From positions 68,982 through 132,981 of the forward strand of contig CAWEOB010000006.1 in NCBI GenBank assembly GCA_963810635.1: a stretch of 64,000 bases of DNA, in the 5' to 3' direction. Positions 62,823-64,000 of the stretch are shown here, piece by piece. The DNA comes from an uncultured Actinomycetes bacterium (lineage in GTDB: Bacteria; Actinomycetota; UBA4738; HRBIN12). The position numbers and the translations under genes were made by a program. Position 1 is the first letter of the stretch, and each line of letters starts with the position of its first letter. A model generated the notes under the pieces. That model saw only the letters and a program-made list of their open reading frames with translations, did not search any database and had not been told where the DNA came from.

Positions 62823-64000
62823 CGCGTGCCCCCGTTCCGCGTCGTCTCCGACTTCCAGCCCGCCGGCGACCAGCCCGCCGCCATCGACGGCCTCGTTCGA
62901 GCCGTGGAGGCGGGGGAGCCGCATGTCACGCTCCTCGGCGCGACGGGGACGGGGAAGACGTTCACCGTGGCGCACCTGGTGGAGCGGATCCAGCGCCCCA
63001 CCCTCGTGATGGCACCCAACAAGTCGCTCGCCGCCCAGCTGGCGAACGAGTTCCGCGAGATGTTCCCCGACAACGCCGTCGAGTACTTCGTCAGCTACTA
63101 CGACTACTACCAACCCGAGGCCTACATCCCCACCACCGACACGTACATCGAGAAGGACTCGTCGGTCAACGAAGAGATCGAGCGGCTCCGCCACTCGGCC
63201 ACCGCCGCGCTCCTCAGCCGCAGCGACGTCCTCATCGTCGCGAGCGTGTCGGCCATCTACGGCCTGGGGTCCCCCGAGGAGTACGAAGGGCAGATCCTGC
63301 GTGTCTACCGCGGCACCGAGGTCCCGCTCGACTTCGCGATCCAACGCCTCGTGGACATCCAATATCAGCGCAACCAGGTCAGCCGCGCGCGTGGCACCTT
63401 CCGCCTGAACGGGGACACGCTCGAGATCTTCCCGCCGTACGAGCAGGTCGGATATCGGATCGAGTGGTGGGGCGACACCGTCGAGCGCATCTCCATGTTC
63501 GACCCGCTCACGGGCGAGGTGGTCAAGGACGACATCGTGGATCACACCACTTTCCCCGCGTCGCACTACGTGGCGTCCGAGGATCGCATGAAGCGGGCGA
63601 TCGTCACCATCGAGGAGGAGCTGTTCGATCGGCTGAAGGAGCTCGACGATCAGGGCAAGCTCCTCGAGGCCGAGCGCCTCCGCATGCGGACCACCTACGA
63701 CCTCGAGATGCTCCGCGAGGTGGGCTTCTGCAGCGGCATCGAGAACTACTCGCGACACATCGACGGTCGTGGGCCGGGTACCGCTCCGTTCACGCTGCTC
63801 GACTACTTCCCGGACGACTACCTCGTCGTGCTCGACGAGTCGCACGTCACCGTCCCGCAGCTCCACGGCATGTACGAGGGGGACATCTCACGCAAGAGCA
63901 CGCTCGTGGACTTCGGGTTCCGGCTGCCGAGCGCGGTCGACAACCGCCCACTCCGATTCGATGAGTTCCGGGAGCGGGCGCATCAGGTCGTGTACATGAG
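62823..64000 (+). CDS. uvrB: Excinuclease ABC subunit B. Partial: the 3' end lies beyond the window.
   Basis: GATGTGKTF Walker [27 protein letters not shown]. The frame is open to the window end. Confidence 0.9.

Noticed and set aside
1-64000. Genuine programmed frameshifting or widespread pseudogenisation
   Set aside because: Essential single-copy genes (murE, mraY, ftsW, ftsZ, polA, coaE) are affected. The events are simple 1-nt indels, not slippery heptamers. Their motif and homopolymer bias points to technical error.

Overview
This 64 kb window is chromosomal DNA from a high-GC (roughly 70%+) Actinomycetota genome with dense, mostly co-directional genes; no rRNA, CRISPR array or mobile element is present. 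Content in order: a MoxR ATPase/DUF58/TgpA-like transglutaminase operon (partial) with a divergent HNH endonuclease, then the complete division/cell-wall cluster (mraZ, rsmH, ftsL, ftsI, murE, murF, mraY, murD, ftsW, murG, murC, murB, ftsQ, ftsZ), followed by yggS, sepF, yggT, divIVA. ileS lies inverted with a T-box leader, followed by a DUF167/YggU gene, a DksA/TraR-like gene, lspA, an RluD-like gene and dnaE. Next come a HisA/PriA-like gene with trpC, trpB, trpA, then a LivKHMGF-type transporter translationally coupled to an ornithine-cyclodeaminase-family gene and an FAD oxidoreductase, and tRNA-Leu(CAA) on the minus strand. The remainder holds two polar-amino-acid ABC transporters, a DtxR-family regulator with an FTR1 iron permease and a cupredoxin lipoprotein, polA, rpsA, coaE, a HAD hydrolase, a DUF2203 protein, a 2-hydroxyacid dehydrogenase, an ABC-2 exporter pair, a cyclase-family protein and the start of uvrB. 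The dominant anomaly is that 16 conserved genes, many essential (murE, mraY, ftsW, ftsQ, ftsZ, polA, coaE), are each split across adjacent reading frames by about 20 single-nucleotide indels. These indels cluster at GATC-containing sites, with a recurrent observed 'GTCGATCCT' octamer consistent with CATCC misread as CGATCC, and at G/C homopolymers. This points to systematic sequence error (possibly methylation-motif-linked basecalling) rather than a genome of pseudogenes. I found no strong evidence for a genuinely novel system. The secondary points of interest are the ileS T-box leader, GTGG direct repeats upstream of mraZ, a HisA-family gene embedded in the trp operon, the iron-uptake module with an unusual palindrome, and a structured 369 bp noncoding gap. 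Gene and frameshift coordinates were derived by reading the sequence and checked against the ORF track where it allowed; coordinates of sites not anchored by the ORF track may be off by a few nucleotides.
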